A stretch of 64,000 bases of DNA, taken from assembly GCA_964057225.1 (NCBI GenBank), contig OZ059898.1, forward strand, positions 10,416,001 to 10,480,000. Reading direction: 5' to 3'. Below, in pieces: positions 61,464 to 64,000 of the stretch; the stretch's first letter is position 1; each line of letters opens with the position of its first letter. Under the pieces are notes generated by a model. That model saw only the letters and a program-made list of their open reading frames with translations. It made no database searches and was not told where the DNA came from. Origin of the DNA: Auanema rhodensis (Eukaryota > Animalia > Nematoda). A program made the translations under genes and the position numbers.

Positions 61464-61534
61464 TGCATCGGCCGGGAATCGAACCCGGGTCGCCCGCGTG
61501 GCAGGCGAGCATTCTACCACTGAACCACCGATGC
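61464..61534 (-). tRNA. tRNA-Gly (GCC)
   Basis: Same 71-nt sequence. Confidence 0.97.
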
Positions 61535-62817
61535 TTCGAAAATGTTAGATTGTTTCCGAAAAATTATGAAAAGTCAAGTTCTACTGATTTGAAGAGAATT
61601 GTAAGTTTTAGAAAAGAATTAAAGTTCAGCTATCTCTACTATTAACTGATTATCGGCTAAAATAAGGTAACAGTTTTTATTGAAAATTTCCATGATTAAG
61701 ATTAAACAAAGAAAAAAAATCAAAGAGAAACCCTTCTTGTTTACTTATTTGATTATAATACTTGAATTCAAAAAAAAGTAAAAAACAATTGAGAAAGCGA
61801 CATAAACAGTTGAACGATTTGAAGAGAATTGTAAGTTTTAGAAAATAATTAAAAATTAGTTCTCTCTACTATTAACTGATTGTCGGCTAAAATATGGTAA
61901 CAGTTTTTATAAAAACACAATAAGGTAACAGTTTTTATTGAAAGTTTCCATGATTAAGATTAAACAAAAAAAAAAGGATCAAAAAGAAACACTTCTTGTT
62001 TACTTACTTGATTATAATACTTGAAATTCCAGAAACAGTAGAATAAAATAGAGAAAGCGACAAAAACAGTTGAACGATTTGAAGACAATTGTAAGTTTTA
62101 GAAAATAATTAAAAATTAGTTCTCTCTACTATTAACTGATTGTCGGCTAAAATATGGTAACAGTTTTTATAAAAAGGTTCTATGATTAGGATTAAACAAA
62201 AAAAAGAATCAAAAAGAAACACTTCTTGTTTACTTACTTGATTATAATACTTGAAATTCAAAAAAAAGTAAAAAACAATTGAGAAAGCGACATAAACAGT
62301 TGAACGATTTGAAGAGAATTGTAAGTTTTAGAAAAGAATTAAAGTTCAGCTATCTCTACTTTTAACTGATTAACGGCTAAAATAAGGTAACAGTTTTTAT
62401 TGAAAATTTCCGTGATTAAGGTTAAACAAAGAAAAAAAAACAAAGAGAAACACTTCTTGTTTACTTATTTGATTATAACACTTGAAATTCCAACAAAAGT
62501 AAAGTAAAACTGTTAAAGCGAGTAAAACTGTTGAACGATTTGAAGACAATTGTAAGTTGAAGAAAAAAATTAAAGTTTAGCTCTCTCTACTATTAACTGA
62601 ATGTCGGCTGAAATATAGTAACAGTTTTTATTAAAAGTTTCCATGATTAAGATTAAACAAAGAAAAAAAATCAAAAAGAAACACTTCTTGTTTACTTACT
62701 TGATTATAATACTTGAAATTGAAAAAAAAGTAAAAAACAATTGAGAAAGCGGGTAAAACTGTTGAACTAAAACAGTCTTTATAAAATATAAATGATATTT
62801 TTTTATAAAAGTGAAGT

Positions 62818-62888
62818 TGCATCGGCCGGGAATCGAACCCGGGTCGCCCGCGTGGCAGGCGAGCATTCTACCACTGAACCACCGATGC
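62818..62888 (-). tRNA. tRNA-Gly (GCC)
   Basis: Same 71-nt sequence. Confidence 0.97.
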
Positions 62889-64000
62889 TTCGAAAATGTT
62901 AGATTGTTTCCGAAAAATTATGAAAAGTCAAGTTCTACTGATTTGAAGAGAATTGTAAGTTTTAGAAAATAATTAAAAATTAGTTCTCTCTACTATTAAC
63001 TGATTGTCGGCTAAAATATGGTAACAGTTTTTATAAAAACACAATAAGGTAACAGTTTTTATTGAAAGTTTCCATGATTAAGATTAAACAAAAAAAAAAG
63101 GATCAAAAAGAAACACTTCTTGTTTACTTACTTGATTATAATACTTGAAATTCCAAAAACAGTAGAATAAAATAGAGAAAGCGACAAAAACAGTTGAACG
63201 ATTTGAAGACAATTGTAAGTTTTAAAAAATAATCAAAAAATAGTTCTCTCTACTATTAACTGATTGTCGGCTAAAATATGGTAACAGTTTTTATTGAAAA
63301 TTTCCGTGATTAAGATTAAACAAAGAGAGAAAAATCAAAGAGAAACACTTCTTGTTTACTTATTTGATTATAACACTTGAAATTCCAACAAAAGTAAAGT
63401 AAAACTGTTAAAGCGAGTAAAACTGTTGAACGATTTGAAGACAATTGTAAGTTTTAAAAAATAATTAAAAAATAGTTCTCTCTACTATTAACTGATTGTC
63501 GGCTAAAATATGGTAACAGTTTTTATTGAAAATTTCCGTGATTAAGATTAAACAAAGAGAGAAAAATCAAAGAGAAACACTTCTTGTTTACTTACTTGAT
63601 TATAATACTTGAAATTCCAGAAACAGTAGAATAAAATAGAGAAAGCGACAAAAACAGTTGAACGATTTGAAGACAATTGTAAGTTTTAGAAAATAATTAA
63701 AAATTAGTTCTCTCTACTATTAACTGATTGTCGGCTAAAATATGGTAACAGTTTTTATAAAAAGGTTCTATGATTAGGATTAAACAAAAAAAAGAATCAA
63801 AAAGAAACACTTCTTCTTTACTTACTTGATTATAATACTTAAAATTCAAAAAAAAGTAAAAAACAATTGAGAAAGCGACATAAACAGTTGAACGATTTAA
63901 AGAGAATTGTAAGTTTTAGAAAAGAATTAAAGTTCAGCTATCTCTACTTTTAACTGATTAACGGCTAAAATAAGGTAACAGTTTTTATTGAAAATTTCCG

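Larger units (their letters stand above)
57987..64000. repeat. ~230-bp satellite with tRNA-Gly cassettes (right block)
   Basis: Same monomer types as the left block; runs off the window end. Confidence 0.97.

Overview
Eukaryotic, AT-rich repetitive DNA, most likely from a nematode (inferred from the BEL/phlebovirus-type env, the short GT..TTTTAG intron and the tRNA sequence). No host protein-coding gene is evident. (1) 1-1883: 3' end of a BEL/Pao LTR retrotransposon on +, with the C-terminus of a phlebovirus Gc-like envelope protein, a Cys/His accessory ORF, a PPT and a 349-bp LTR. (2) A ~230-bp satellite fills most of the rest and carries 15 minus-strand tRNA-Gly(GCC) genes, each in a 172-bp cassette at one fixed position of the monomer. 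(3) 14966-44155: 24 near-identical, mostly 1244-bp higher-order units, each made of a Ty3/gypsy LTR, its PPT/3' UTR stub and satellite. (4) 46411-57986: an apparently intact, young 11.6-kb Ty3/gypsy element on -, with matching 366-bp LTRs, a CGGG target-site duplication and a tRNA-Gln PBS. Its single 2884-codon ORF has the unusual order Gag - signal segment - herpesvirus-gB-like (class III) Env - TM - PR - RT - RNaseH - IN. It also has non-canonical CG...CG LTR ends and a two-exon antisense accessory gene in its 5' leader. All family assignments are by eye, without database searches.
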